64,000 nt of DNA from an uncultured Alphaproteobacteria bacterium (GCA_902524385.1 CABZCZ010000002.1:38596-102595); one strand, 5' to 3'. Shown: positions 24,364-36,560, counted from the first letter of the stretch. Numbers and translations: made by a program. The notes: generated by a model from the sequence alone, not told the origin.

Positions 24364-26963
24364 TTTTCTTGTCTCAACAAATAGTAGGGTTGATTTGATA
24401 AGAATTTGTTAAAACCTGGTGCAAAAGATGAAAATTTTTTATTTTCAAATTCAAAATAGTATTGAATAGGATAATCAGTATCAGTAAAATTTGCAGGAAT
24501 TGTAACATTATAAACATTTTTTATTTTGACTAATTTTCTTTTTATCCATTTCTTTGACTGGTTTACTTCTCTATAATGTAGATATCCTAAAAGATTTTTA
24601 TTAGAATTAATTTTACAAAATAAAAAAATCTTTTTTCTTTTTATAAAATTTTTAGGATTTGAATGATTGATTAAAATATTCTGCTTATTATTCCAATTTT
24701 TAATATAATTTATAAAAAGTAAGTCTTTTTTTCTTTTTGTATTAATTTTTGTATTTTTATACAAAATTTTATTCATATCTAGAATATCTTGCTCAATTGC
24801 TGGTAATCTATCATCCCATCTGCCTCTTAACCAACTTTGAGGACCATAACTAAGATCGGGTAAATAATATTTTTTTGAAATTTCTGCTGAAATTTTCCAT
24901 GCATTTCTTGCTTTTATATAATTTTTATGTGCCTCCTCACCTACATTCTTATTAAGCGTTAATAGGTAATATTCCCAAAGTATAGAAGCTTTAAATTTAT
25001 AAGTAAAAAAATTTCCAACTGATGATTGTATTATAACATCAATATATATTCTTAAAAAATCATAATTATTTTCTTTATTGATTTTTTTTGCTGCTTTAAA
25101 AATATAATACTTTGCATTTTGTGAAAATTTATCTAACCAAAGTATCATTGTTAATGGTGAATATTTGTTAATGGTTTTACTATTAAAAATTCTATCTACC
25201 ATTTCTTTTGGAGACATTATGAGCTGGGGATCACAACTTGTGGCCATTCCAAATCTACTATTTTTGTGTAAATCATAGCTATATGGCAACCAAGGACCTT
25301 TACTGACTATACTCATATTTTCATACATCTCAGGCCAATATGAATTATTAGAAGCCGATACGCCATGAACTAGTGTAACGAATGGCAAAATTCTACTAGC
25401 ATTTGCAAGAGCATTTGAAATATCTTTATGGCAGGACCCAAAATAAAAATTCAAATAACGAAGATAATTATCTTTATTTGTAATTGGATTATAATTCAAC
25501 CTTCCCCAGATTTTATAGTTGTAAATATACTTTTCCCAATCATATTTAGTTCTTAATTCTTTAATTTTATAGTTATATCTCCCGCCACTTTTACCTGTGC
25601 CCATTCTTCCTTTAAAAGATAATGGTTCACAAAGCTCAGTTCCAAGAGAGTTACAAAAAGTAGATAAGTTTCCATATCCAGACGCTAATTCATGATCAGC
25701 CCAAAGAAGGATTCTTTGTGTCCCTGGCCAAATTCGAAATAAAATATTATATTTTCTGTTTTCTTTTAACAAATCACCATAACTATATCTTAGAAATTTT
25801 CTTGTACCTTCACTGAATGTCCATTTTTTACCCACTTTTTTTCTTGGAGGCATTTCCTGTTTTCTTATAGAAGCTTGGTGATAAGGTAGACCCATATGTT
25901 CTGATATATATTTTGGAGATATTGAAACACTTTTTGAATATTTTAAAGCAATGTTTATTAAACTTTCATCTATACCTTTAGCATGAAGATCTAAATTTAT
26001 TTTACGACCACATTTTTTAATTGCTTGAAAATAAGTTTTCCAAAAAGAATAGTTTTTTTCTGGAATACCGCATTCTACATGTACTCTTAAAGTTATTCCT
26101 GTTATTTCTGGACATTCTTTTAAAATTAAACTTAAAGAATCTCTACAATACTTTGCATAATTAAGGCCTGATGGATATTTTTTTATTTGATAGTTTGCAT
26201 TTGGAACATCATCAAAATCATACTTTTGTGTCCAGATTGCTAATTGAAATTCTAAACCTCTTCTGTTAGTCTCTTTAGCTATATATTTAAGCATATTTAG
26301 ATTTCTTACTCTTTCTTTTTTAGAAAAATTACTTAGCTTTAATTTGCAATCTTTTGGAGAAACTAAAAAAGGATAGGGTAAATACAAATACACATCCTTA
26401 ATAAATTCATTACCGTATGGATAATTATATTGCATTCCTAATGTGAGTGTAAATCTATTAAAACGCTCTGAAATTAGTAGTGTTAAGTATTCATCCCATG
26501 CTTTTTGATCATAAAACCATTCTTTATCTTCATCAACACTTTCAAAACATTTAGAAATACTTCTAATTTTAGTAACTGAGCTTTCAATAATGTTTTTTTT
26601 AATATCCAGTTTATTTTTTTTTGAATATTTTAAAATGTCAGCAATTTCAGTAATTGCATAAATTAAACCTCTATAATCATTAGCAAATATTATTATATTA
26701 TTTTTGAAAGGTATAATTGCAAAAGATTCTTTATCAAAAGACAACTTAGTTTTTATATCAAAATTTTGTTTTAAAATGTTGATATCATCAAATAAAAAAA
26801 TATAACTTTTATTAAAGTTTATATTCGCTTTACTAAAAGATATTTTAAATTTTTTTTTATTACTTATTTTTTTAAGATAATTAAAAGACCAAACTATCTG
26901 TTCACTTACAATAATTTTATTAAGATATTTATAATTTACTATAAATTTTTTAGTTATCATCAA
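24360..26963 (-). CDS. large orphan protein, possibly glycoside-hydrolase-like (function unassigned)
   Basis: Uninterrupted 867-aa ORF. The N-terminal segment (..FANDYRGLIYAITEIADIL..) followed by ..ERFNRFTLTLG.. resembles the alpha/beta N-domain plus TIM-barrel layout of some GH families. No signal peptide is obvious. The assignment rests on pattern memory only. Confidence 0.8.
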   Translation of the reverse strand: MMITKKFIVNYKYLNKIIVSEQIVWSFNYLKKISNKKKFKISFSKANINFNKSYIFLFDDINILKQNFDIKTKLSFDKESFAIIPFKNNIIIFANDYRGLIYAITEIADILKYSKKNKLDIKKNIIESSVTKIRSISKCFESVDEDKEWFYDQKAWDEYLTLLISERFNRFTLTLGMQYNYPYGNEFIKDVYLYLPYPFLVSPKDCKLKLSNFSKKERVRNLNMLKYIAKETNRRGLEFQLAIWTQKYDFDDVPNANYQIKKYPSGLNYAKYCRDSLSLILKECPEITGITLRVHVECGIPEKNYSFWKTYFQAIKKCGRKINLDLHAKGIDESLINIALKYSKSVSISPKYISEHMGLPYHQASIRKQEMPPRKKVGKKWTFSEGTRKFLRYSYGDLLKENRKYNILFRIWPGTQRILLWADHELASGYGNLSTFCNSLGTELCEPLSFKGRMGTGKSGGRYNYKIKELRTKYDWEKYIYNYKIWGRLNYNPITNKDNYLRYLNFYFGSCHKDISNALANASRILPFVTLVHGVSASNNSYWPEMYENMSIVSKGPWLPYSYDLHKNSRFGMATSCDPQLIMSPKEMVDRIFNSKTINKYSPLTMILWLDKFSQNAKYYIFKAAKKINKENNYDFLRIYIDVIIQSSVGNFFTYKFKASILWEYYLLTLNKNVGEEAHKNYIKARNAWKISAEISKKYYLPDLSYGPQSWLRGRWDDRLPAIEQDILDMNKILYKNTKINTKRKKDLLFINYIKNWNNKQNILINHSNPKNFIKRKKIFLFCKINSNKNLLGYLHYREVNQSKKWIKRKLVKIKNVYNVTIPANFTDTDYPIQYYFEFENKKFSSFAPGFNKFLSNQPYYLLRQEN

Positions 26964-27426
26964 GTCTAAAAAACTCTTTAAACTCTTCTAATATTATTTG
27001 ATATGTATTTTTTTTGAATGGAACAATATTTTTAACTAAAAGATTATGATCTGACCATTTCCATTCGCTAAACTCTGGATTTACAGTATCAATATTAATT
27101 TGAGTTTCATCTCCATTAAATCTGAAGACAAACCATTTTTGTGTTTGACCAATATATTTTTTACCCCATGGTAATCTTGCTAATGTTTCTCTAGGAATAT
27201 CGTAATTTATCCATTTTTTTGACTCTTTGATCATAATTGCATTCTTAGTACCTATTTCTTCTAACATTTCTCTCCATACTGCTTCTTCAGGATTTTCATT
27301 TTCATCAATTCCACCTTGAGGCATTTGCCAATATCCACTTGGATGATCTAATCTTCGACCAACCAAAATTTGATTTTTTTTATTGAGAATCATCATTCCC
27401 ACGCATTTTCTATATTTTTTTTGCAT
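26950..27426 (-). CDS. rppH: RNA pyrophosphohydrolase (Nudix)
   Basis: Nudix box GGIDENENPEEAVWREMLEEIG and the YRKCVG..WQMPQGG context typical of RppH/NudH. Confidence 0.9.
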   Translation of the reverse strand: MQKKYRKCVGMMILNKKNQILVGRRLDHPSGYWQMPQGGIDENENPEEAVWREMLEEIGTKNAIMIKESKKWINYDIPRETLARLPWGKKYIGQTQKWFVFRFNGDETQINIDTVNPEFSEWKWSDHNLLVKNIVPFKKNTYQIILEEFKEFFRLDDN

Positions 27427-27428
27427 TA

Positions 27429-28724
27429 CTATTCTTGAATTTCATCAAAGAGACTTACACCTAACACAAGATCAAAAGCTCTGCGAAGCTGATAATCAAC
27501 TTCTAATCGTTTTTCAAATTCACTTAACTCATTAGCTTCATTTTCTTCTACATCTTCTTCATTATTTTTATCAAGGGAATCTTTTAAATCTGATTCAGAA
27601 AATCTCTTGTAATTAAAAGATTCAAATTCTCCTTGTTCAATGATTATATCTGGTACAATACCCTTACCTTGGATTGACTCACCTGAGGGAGTATAATATC
27701 TAGCGGTGGTTAGTCTTATACCAGTTAAATTATCACTATTTGAAACTTGAAAGGGAATTATTGTTTGTACTGATCCTTTACCAAAAGATTGAGTGCCTAT
27801 AATGATTGCTCTTTTATGATCCTGAAGTGCGCCTGCAACAATTTCAGAAGCAGACGCAGAACCACTATCAATAATTACCACCAGTGGTTTTCCATTAATT
27901 CTGTCAGACTTTTTTGCACGATATCTTCTAATATCTTTTTTATCTCTACCTCTTGTTGAAACAATTTCTCCTCTTTCCAAAAATATATCCGTTACCTTAA
28001 CTGCTTGAGTAAGAAGACCCCCTGGGTTAGACCGTATATCTAAAACGTAACCTTTTATTTTATTTTCTTTTTCAATTTTCTTTATAGCATCTAGAAGACC
28101 ACTTTCTGTTTGTTCATTAAAAGATGTTATTCTTAAATATCCAATATTGTTAAGCACTTCACTTTTAACTGATCTAATTTTGATATAATCTCTAACAATT
28201 TCAATCTCAAAAGGTTCAGTATTTACTCTAGAAATAGTGATTACTATCGGCTCACCTTTTTCCCCCCTCATTAATTCGACAGCTTCATTTAGCGTTAGTC
28301 CAAAAACAGGTGTTTCATTTATTTGAATAATGTAATCACCAGCAAGAACTCCAGCATCATATGCCGGTGTATCTTCTATCGGTGCTATAACTTTTACAAA
28401 ACCTTCTTCCATGGTAATTTCAATACCTAATCCACCAAATTTTCCCGCTGTATCCATCTGCATTTCTTGAAATACTTCTTCGTTCATAAAACCTGAATGA
28501 GGATCTAAGCCTGACAACATTCCATCAATTGCTTTTTCAATTAATTCTTGATCTGTAACTTCTTCCACGTAGGTAGATCTTACCCTATCAAATACTTGTC
28601 CAAATAAATCTAAATATTTATATTTTTCTTCATCTGTAGAAGATCCATAGGTTTTAGGTGCCAGAAGTGTAATGAGGATGAACAGTAATATAACTTTTGA
28701 AAATATATTTTTTGAAACTCTCAT
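27429..28724 (-). CDS. ctpA: carboxy-terminal processing protease (S41)
   Basis: Signal/TM N-terminus, PDZ region (GGLGIE), DIRSNPGGLL, SGSASASEI. Confidence 0.92.
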   Translation of the reverse strand: MRVSKNIFSKVILLFILITLLAPKTYGSSTDEEKYKYLDLFGQVFDRVRSTYVEEVTDQELIEKAIDGMLSGLDPHSGFMNEEVFQEMQMDTAGKFGGLGIEITMEEGFVKVIAPIEDTPAYDAGVLAGDYIIQINETPVFGLTLNEAVELMRGEKGEPIVITISRVNTEPFEIEIVRDYIKIRSVKSEVLNNIGYLRITSFNEQTESGLLDAIKKIEKENKIKGYVLDIRSNPGGLLTQAVKVTDIFLERGEIVSTRGRDKKDIRRYRAKKSDRINGKPLVVIIDSGSASASEIVAGALQDHKRAIIIGTQSFGKGSVQTIIPFQVSNSDNLTGIRLTTARYYTPSGESIQGKGIVPDIIIEQGEFESFNYKRFSESDLKDSLDKNNEEDVEENEANELSEFEKRLEVDYQLRRAFDLVLGVSLFDEIQE

Positions 28725-28729
28725 ATATT

Positions 28730-29083
28730 TTAAGCTAGTTTAGTTTGTGAAGAATCAAAGCTTACTTCCCATAATTTTTCTAATGCATATAATTCTCTAA
28801 TTTCTTGTCGAAATAAATGAACAATGATTTCACCTGCATCAACAATTATCCAGTCACATTGAGGTCTTCCTTCAGGATTTGGACATTTTATCCCTACGTT
28901 TTTTAATTTTTTGACCATTTCGTCTGCTGTCGCATCTGAATGTCTAGTTGATCTACAAGTAGCAATAACAAAAGTATCAGCAACAGATGATTTATTTGAT
29001 AAATCAATAACTTTTATATCTTCAGCTTTTGCATCACTTAGTATTGATACAATATTTTCTGTTAATGAAGTAATGTTATTAAT
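28730..29083 (-). CDS. rsfS: ribosomal silencing factor RsfS (start codon non-canonical or unresolved)
   Basis: The canonical-start ORF (28730-28918, 62 aa) holds only the C-terminal half (DWIIVDAGEIIVHLFRQEIRELYALEKLW). The same frame stays open to 29092 and encodes the conserved N-terminal half (..DAKAEDIKVIDLSNKSSVADTFVIATCRSTRH..). That stretch contains no ATG, GTG or TTG. The 5' end is placed at the ATT overlapping the nadD stop and is provisional. Confidence 0.7.
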   Translation of the reverse strand: MNNITSLTENIVSILSDAKAEDIKVIDLSNKSSVADTFVIATCRSTRHSDATADEMVKKLKNVGIKCPNPEGRPQCDWIIVDAGEIIVHLFRQEIRELYALEKLWEVSFDSSQTKLA

Positions 29084-29657
29084 ATTTGCCTCTTAATCTA
29101 TTTCTTTGATTTCTAATTTCAGATGAAGAGATTTTGATTTCCTTATTTTGTATCAAAGTCCATGCAGGAATTTTATTTGATAGGCGTTCTATATTTTGAG
29201 TCGTATATTTATTATTGATAAATTTTTTTGCTGCAACACTCTTCAAAGCATTTGTATTATATCCATGTCTTCTAAAAATAACAATAGAGATAATATGAAA
29301 AATTGATTGCCATTTTTCCCACTCATGAAAATTAACTAAATTGTCTGCTCCTATTAACCAAAAAAATTTAATATTTTTATAATATTGAATAAGATATTTA
29401 ATTGTTTGATAAGAATACTGAGATTTAATTTTTTTTTCTACCTCTAATATTTTTATGGGAAAATTTCTTGTAATTTGTTTACAATTTTGTAATCTTTCTT
29501 CGTATGTTGCAGGTTTTGAAATCTTCAGAGGGTTCTGAGGTGTAACTAACCACCAAATTTCATCAAGTTGTAATACTTTTTTTGCTTCATTGGAAATAAA
29601 TAGATGCCCTCGATGTGGTGGATCAAAAGATCCTCCAAGAAGTCCGATCTTTTTCAA
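29079..29657 (-). CDS. nadD: nicotinate-nucleotide adenylyltransferase
   Basis: GLLGGSFDPPHRGH motif and the C-terminal SSSEIR motif. Confidence 0.92.
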   Translation of the reverse strand: MKKIGLLGGSFDPPHRGHLFISNEAKKVLQLDEIWWLVTPQNPLKISKPATYEERLQNCKQITRNFPIKILEVEKKIKSQYSYQTIKYLIQYYKNIKFFWLIGADNLVNFHEWEKWQSIFHIISIVIFRRHGYNTNALKSVAAKKFINNKYTTQNIERLSNKIPAWTLIQNKEIKISSSEIRNQRNRLRGKY

Positions 29658-30907
29658 TTAGGGTCTTTCCTGGCCACTGCCATTAACAACGTATTTAAAT
29701 GTAGTTAAGTGTTTTGTTCCTACTGGTCCTCTTACATGTATTTTATCAGTTGAGATTCCTATCTCAGCACCAAAACCAAATTCACCACCATCTGCAAATT
29801 GAGTAGATGCATTTTTAAGTATTATTGCACTATCTATTTTATTGTAAAACTTTTCAAAAGTTTCTTCGCTTTCTGTGATTATACTTTCCGTATGTCCAGA
29901 AGAATAATAATTTATATGCCTAGCCGCTTCGTCAACACCAGAAACAATTTTTACTGATAAAATTTTATCTAAATATTCTGATGACCAATCTTCTTCACTT
30001 GCAGTTTTAAAATCGCTATCTAAAGACTGAATATATTCATCACCTCGAATTTCACAATTTACTTGCATTAAAGGTTTTAATATTTTCATTGCTTTATTTT
30101 TAATTTTTTCATCAATTAAAAGTGTTTCTGCTGCGCCACAAATTTCAGGACGCCTCATTTTACTATTAAAAACTACTTTTTCTGCGATATTCAAATCAGC
30201 ATCTTTGTCTACGTACACATGACATATACCGTCTAAGTGTTTGATAACAGGAATCTTACTTACTGAATTGATTTTTTCAATCAACCCTTTACCACCTCTA
30301 GGAATAATTACATCAACATAATCTCTCATACCAAGTAAATGATCCACTGCTTCTCTTTCAGGTGTATTGATCATCTGAACACAATGTTCAGGAAGACCAG
30401 CTTCCGTGAAAGCATCTGTAATATTATTTACCAATTCCATGGAGGAATGAAAACTATCACTTCCACCTCTTAAAATTATGCAATTACCCGATTTAATTGA
30501 AAGACAAGACGCATCAACAGTGACGTTAGGTCTTGATTCATAAATCACGCCTAATACACCAAGTGGTGTTGAAATTTTACGAAACTGCAATCCATTAGGT
30601 CTTTGCCATTTTTCTAAAGTAATGCCAATTGGATCTGGTATTTCAATTATATCCTCAATTGATGTAATTAATCCATCAATAGATTTTTCTGATAATGTAA
30701 GTCTATTTATTATAGGCTTAGTTAAAGATTTTTTTTCTCCATTTTCTAAATCTATCTTATTAGCTTCAAGAATTTTATTTCTGTTTTTATCTAAATTTTT
30801 TGTGAGTTTAGATAAAGCTAGATTTTTTTGATCACTGCTACAAACCTTCATATTTAGAGAGGCAGTTTTTGCTCTTTTGCCCAATTCAATAATATGATTT
30901 TCAATAC

Positions 30908-30911
<4 letters not shown>
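29658..30911 (-). CDS. proA: gamma-glutamyl phosphate reductase
   Basis: 417-aa aldehyde dehydrogenase fold, NASTQFADGGEFGFGAEIGIST motif, adjacent to proB. Confidence 0.95.
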
Positions 30912-33005
<2,094 letters not shown>

Positions 33006-33019
33006 TTAATTAACTGGGA

Positions 33020-33277
33020 TTATTGTTCTGTGGGAACAACTGATACAAAAGTTCTTACTCTTGTTTTTTTAAAAGCTACTTTTCCGTTTATTGTAGCAAA
33101 TATAGTGTGATCTTTACCTATGCCAACATTATCACCCGGATGAAACTTTGTGCCTCGTTGCCTAATAATAATGTTTCCTGCTATTACGTTTTCACCGCCA
33201 AATTTCTTAACCCCAAGTCTACGACCCGCCGAGTCTCTTCCATTCCTAGAACTACCACCTGCTTTTTTTGTTGCCAT
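33020..33277 (-). CDS. rpmA: 50S ribosomal protein L27
   Basis: [16 protein letters not shown]..GxKxxGG...AG.IIxRQRGT signature. Confidence 0.97.
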   Translation of the reverse strand: MATKKAGGSSRNGRDSAGRRLGVKKFGGENVIAGNIIIRQRGTKFHPGDNVGIGKDHTIFATINGKVAFKKTRVRTFVSVVPTEQ

Positions 33278-33798
33278 TAATTATCTTCTTTTTTAGTTTT
33301 AACTGTTTTTTTAACAGCTTTCTTTAATGATTTTTTCTTAGTAGGTGAAGCTTTATTTGCTGCTTTTTTTGAAACTGTTTTCTTTTTTGCAACTTTTACC
33401 TCTTTAGACTCACCTTTTTCTTTAGTAGCTATAGTTTCAGTTTTTTTAACTTTTTTTATTAGAGGTTCAGCAGTGGACTTTTTTCCACCATAAGAAATTG
33501 ATTCTATTCTTAATACAGTTAGATATTGCCTATGACCTTGTGTTAATCTGTAATTTTGTCTTTTTCTTTTTTTAAAAACTATTATTTTTTTATCTCTGAT
33601 TTGATCAACAATTTTTGCTTCAATTGAAGCATCTTTTAGTAATGGCTCGCCCAAGCTATTTGTGTTTTGATCACTGATCGCTAATACATCAGTAATTGAC
33701 ACTTTATCACCTTTGGATCCCTCAAGTTTTTCTACTTTAAGTATCTGACCAGCTCTTGCTGAGTATTGCTTTCCACCAGTTTTGAAAATTGCTAACAT
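33277..33798 (-). CDS. rplU: 50S ribosomal protein L21 with Lys-rich C-terminal extension
   Basis: [12 protein letters not shown] start and an L21 core of about 100 aa, then about 70 aa of K/A/T-rich tail. ATGA-type coupling to rpmA. Confidence 0.93.
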   Translation of the reverse strand: MLAIFKTGGKQYSARAGQILKVEKLEGSKGDKVSITDVLAISDQNTNSLGEPLLKDASIEAKIVDQIRDKKIIVFKKRKRQNYRLTQGHRQYLTVLRIESISYGGKKSTAEPLIKKVKKTETIATKEKGESKEVKVAKKKTVSKKAANKASPTKKKSLKKAVKKTVKTKKEDN

Positions 33799-33877
33799 AT
33801 CTTTTGATGGCGGGGTTTATAGTGAACTATGTGAATAGTCAAATAAAAATATGGCGTAAATACTGGAAATATAGACC

Positions 33878-34630
33878 TTAAAAGCTATCCTTTGCTTTTC
33901 GCAAATAAGCAAACAATTCAAAGTCTGTAAAACCTAGCTCTTTCTTAATCATACAACCTAATTTTGAATTTTGATTCAGGTACAAGTTATAGTTTTTTTC
34001 ATCCTCTAACAAAAAAGGTACTGATTTTCCTTTATTATTTAAATCATCATTAATTTTATTTCTAACTGTCAAATAAACATCTTCTTTTTTAAGCATTTTT
34101 TCAAGAAAATTTAAATTGTTTAAAGTATATTCATGACCACAATAAATAATTGTATTTTCATCTAATTCATTAATTTTTTGTAAACTGTTAAACATTTCAT
34201 TTAATGTTCCTTCAAACACACGACCACAACCAAGTCTGAACAGTGTATCCCCACAAAATAAAACACCATTGTTTTTATCATAGTAAATTATATGATCTAA
34301 TGTATGCCCGGGTGTTTTTATTATTCTAAATGTATTTAAGCAGGAGTTGACTTCATCTCCATCACCTAAAATAAATCTTGTATTTTCAATCTGAGCACTT
34401 GGAGAGTGTATATTAACTTCTGGAAAAGCATTAAGTATTCCTTTTACACCTGATGTGTGATCTTTATGATGATGTGTAATAAATATATCTTCTATGGTTA
34501 AATTGTTTTCAAGAGCAAAATTTAAAATAGTATTACTATCAGCAGGATCTATAACACAGCTCTTAAGTGTGTCATTATATAAAACAAAAGAGTAGTTATC
34601 TTTTAATTGATTTATAATTTCAACATTCAT
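33878..34630 (-). CDS. gloB: hydroxyacylglutathione hydrolase (glyoxalase II)
   Basis: Metallo-beta-lactamase motif THHHKDHTSG, 250 aa, C-terminal substrate-binding region. Confidence 0.88.
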   Translation of the reverse strand: MNVEIINQLKDNYSFVLYNDTLKSCVIDPADSNTILNFALENNLTIEDIFITHHHKDHTSGVKGILNAFPEVNIHSPSAQIENTRFILGDGDEVNSCLNTFRIIKTPGHTLDHIIYYDKNNGVLFCGDTLFRLGCGRVFEGTLNEMFNSLQKINELDENTIIYCGHEYTLNNLNFLEKMLKKEDVYLTVRNKINDDLNNKGKSVPFLLEDEKNYNLYLNQNSKLGCMIKKELGFTDFELFAYLRKAKDSF

Positions 34631-34637
34631 CTAATAA

Positions 34638-35321
34638 CTAATTTGCAATAACAGAATTTTTTGCAAAAACTTTTTTTGACGATTTAATTTTTATTGGTTC
34701 AAAATTTTTATAACTTAATAAAAAGATAGCTTCGTGAGTGAAAAAATTAACCCCAGAAATTGATTCACTTATATCAAATTGCCTACCTTTTGATGTTAAT
34801 CCAATACTTTTTTCAATCACAATATTCATTTCATTACACAAATTCAAAAAATCCTTAATTGTAAAAAAATGAATGTTAGGTGTGTCATACCATGTATAAG
34901 GTAAACTTTCTGTTACTGGCATTTTTCCAGATATTAAAAGCTGTAATCTTATTTTCCAATGTCCAAAGTTAGGAAAAGAAACTATTGCTTTTGATCCTAT
35001 TCTTAATAATTCAGACAGAATATCTTTGGGTTTCATCATTGCTTGTAAAGTTTGACTTAAAATTACATAATCAAAACTATTATTTGAATATTGGGACAAA
35101 TCTAATTCGGCATTTCCATGTACAACATTGAAACCTCTTGCGATAGCATTTGCAGCTAGATCTCTATTTAATTCAATGCCATGAGTTATTGCATTACGAT
35201 TATTTTCTAATTGTTCCATAAGACCACCATCACCACATCCAATATCTAGGATTTTTCTATCTGGTGCGATAAGTGTTTCAATAAGAGACCAATCTTTTCT
35301 TATGCTATTAATTTTATTCAT
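34638..35321 (-). CDS. metW: methionine biosynthesis protein MetW
   Basis: SAM-MTase-like ILDIGCGDGGL motif and MetW-type length. It overlaps and follows metX, as in the metXW pairs of proteobacteria. Confidence 0.88.
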   Translation of the reverse strand: MNKINSIRKDWSLIETLIAPDRKILDIGCGDGGLMEQLENNRNAITHGIELNRDLAANAIARGFNVVHGNAELDLSQYSNNSFDYVILSQTLQAMMKPKDILSELLRIGSKAIVSFPNFGHWKIRLQLLISGKMPVTESLPYTWYDTPNIHFFTIKDFLNLCNEMNIVIEKSIGLTSKGRQFDISESISGVNFFTHEAIFLLSYKNFEPIKIKSSKKVFAKNSVIAN

Positions 35322-36480
35322 CTATCTTCGCAAAGTTGTTTGTCAGAAAGCCTTTTATTACATCATCTAACTGTGGTTCCTCTAATAAAAAACTATCATG
35401 TCCTTTATCAGTATCAATTTCTAGAAAGCTTACTTCTCTTGATAGAGAATTTAGTTGATTTACAATCATTTTACTTTCTATTGTAGGGAATAACCAATCC
35501 GAGGTAAATGAGACAATTAAATATTTTAAATGGTTATTTGGATTATGACTAAACTCAATATTTTTTCTAAATGTTTCATCATGATCAAAATAATCCATAG
35601 CCCTTGTTAAATAAAGATATGAATTTGCATCAAATCTTTCAACAAATGATTTACCTTGATATCTTAGATAACTCTCAACTTGAAAATCAGCATCAAATCC
35701 AAAAGAAATAATATCTCTTGATTGAAGTTTTCTTCCAAATTTTCTATGCATCGCATTTTCGGATAAATATGTGATATGTGCAATCATTCTTGCTACTGAT
35801 AAACCTCTTTCTGGCACTTCATTATTTTCAAAATACTTTCCATTTTTCCAAATAGGATCACTCATTATTGCCTGTCGCCCAACTTCATGAAATGCAATAT
35901 TTTGAGCTGAATGTTTTAAAGCGCCCGCAATATGTATTATATTTAAAATTTTATCTGGAAAATCGATTGCCCATTGAAGTGCTTGCATTGCTCCCATCGA
36001 ACCACCAATGACAGAAAATAACTTCTCTATATTTAAACTTTCAATCAATAAAGATTGAGCCTTCACCATATCTTTAATTGTTACGGAAGGAAAATCACCT
36101 CCATATGCAACATCACTTCCATTTTGTAATTCTTTAGGACCTGTTGAACCAGAACAACCGCCAAGTACATTTGAACAAATTACAAAAAATTTGTTTGTAT
36201 CAACTGGTTTATTTGGTCCAACCATTCTAGACCACCAACCTTCTCTCCCAGTAATGGGATTGTTCCCAGCAACATATTGATCTCCAGTTAAAGCATGGCA
36301 AACAAGAATAGCATTAGATTTATCAGTATTTAATTTACCAAAAGTTTTGAATGCTAGTTTAAAACTAGCTATTATATCTCCTGATTCTAGTTTTAAATTA
36401 ATATTCTCGAAATAAGCTATTTCGCTTTCAAGTTTTGTGTCGGTACTAAATTTTGTATTCATATCTTTTAAATCTAACAC
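35314..36480 (-). CDS. metX: homoserine O-acetyltransferase
   Basis: Alpha/beta fold with the GGSMGAMQALQWA nucleophile elbow. CHALTGD motif. The start is either GTG 36480 or ATG 36462. Confidence 0.93.
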   Translation of the reverse strand: MLDLKDMNTKFSTDTKLESEIAYFENINLKLESGDIIASFKLAFKTFGKLNTDKSNAILVCHALTGDQYVAGNNPITGREGWWSRMVGPNKPVDTNKFFVICSNVLGGCSGSTGPKELQNGSDVAYGGDFPSVTIKDMVKAQSLLIESLNIEKLFSVIGGSMGAMQALQWAIDFPDKILNIIHIAGALKHSAQNIAFHEVGRQAIMSDPIWKNGKYFENNEVPERGLSVARMIAHITYLSENAMHRKFGRKLQSRDIISFGFDADFQVESYLRYQGKSFVERFDANSYLYLTRAMDYFDHDETFRKNIEFSHNPNNHLKYLIVSFTSDWLFPTIESKMIVNQLNSLSREVSFLEIDTDKGHDSFLLEEPQLDDVIKGFLTNNFAKIDE

Positions 36481-36504
36481 TATTTGAAAGAATGAAGGGG
36501 GAGT

Positions 36505-36560
36505 ATAAACGCTTTAGCTGATTATTGCTCCACCCGCAAGCTGTCTCAAATCGGTGATAG
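36505..36560 (-). promoter_or_regulatory. SAM-II/SAM-V-type riboswitch candidate in the metX leader
   Basis: The minus-strand RNA reads CACCGAUUUGAGACAGCUUGCGGGUGGAGCAAUAAUCAGCUAAAGCG. A CACC/GGUG stem encloses a loop carrying GAUUU and GCUU. A downstream AAAGC can pair with GCUU to form an H-type pseudoknot. This is the layout I recall for SAM-II, which sits upstream of metX/metA in alphaproteobacteria. Confidence 0.5.

Noticed and set aside
28911-29096. 61-aa plus-strand ORF between ctpA/rsfS and nadD
   Set aside because: It is the antisense shadow of the N-terminal half of rsfS. The minus-strand frame encodes the conserved RsfS N-terminal region.
33816-33842. Sigma-70-like promoter for rplU (minus strand TTGACT-N15-TATAAA)
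   Set aside because: The spacer is 15 nt, and hexamer-like strings occur by chance at high frequency in this A+T-rich DNA. It is not reported as a feature.
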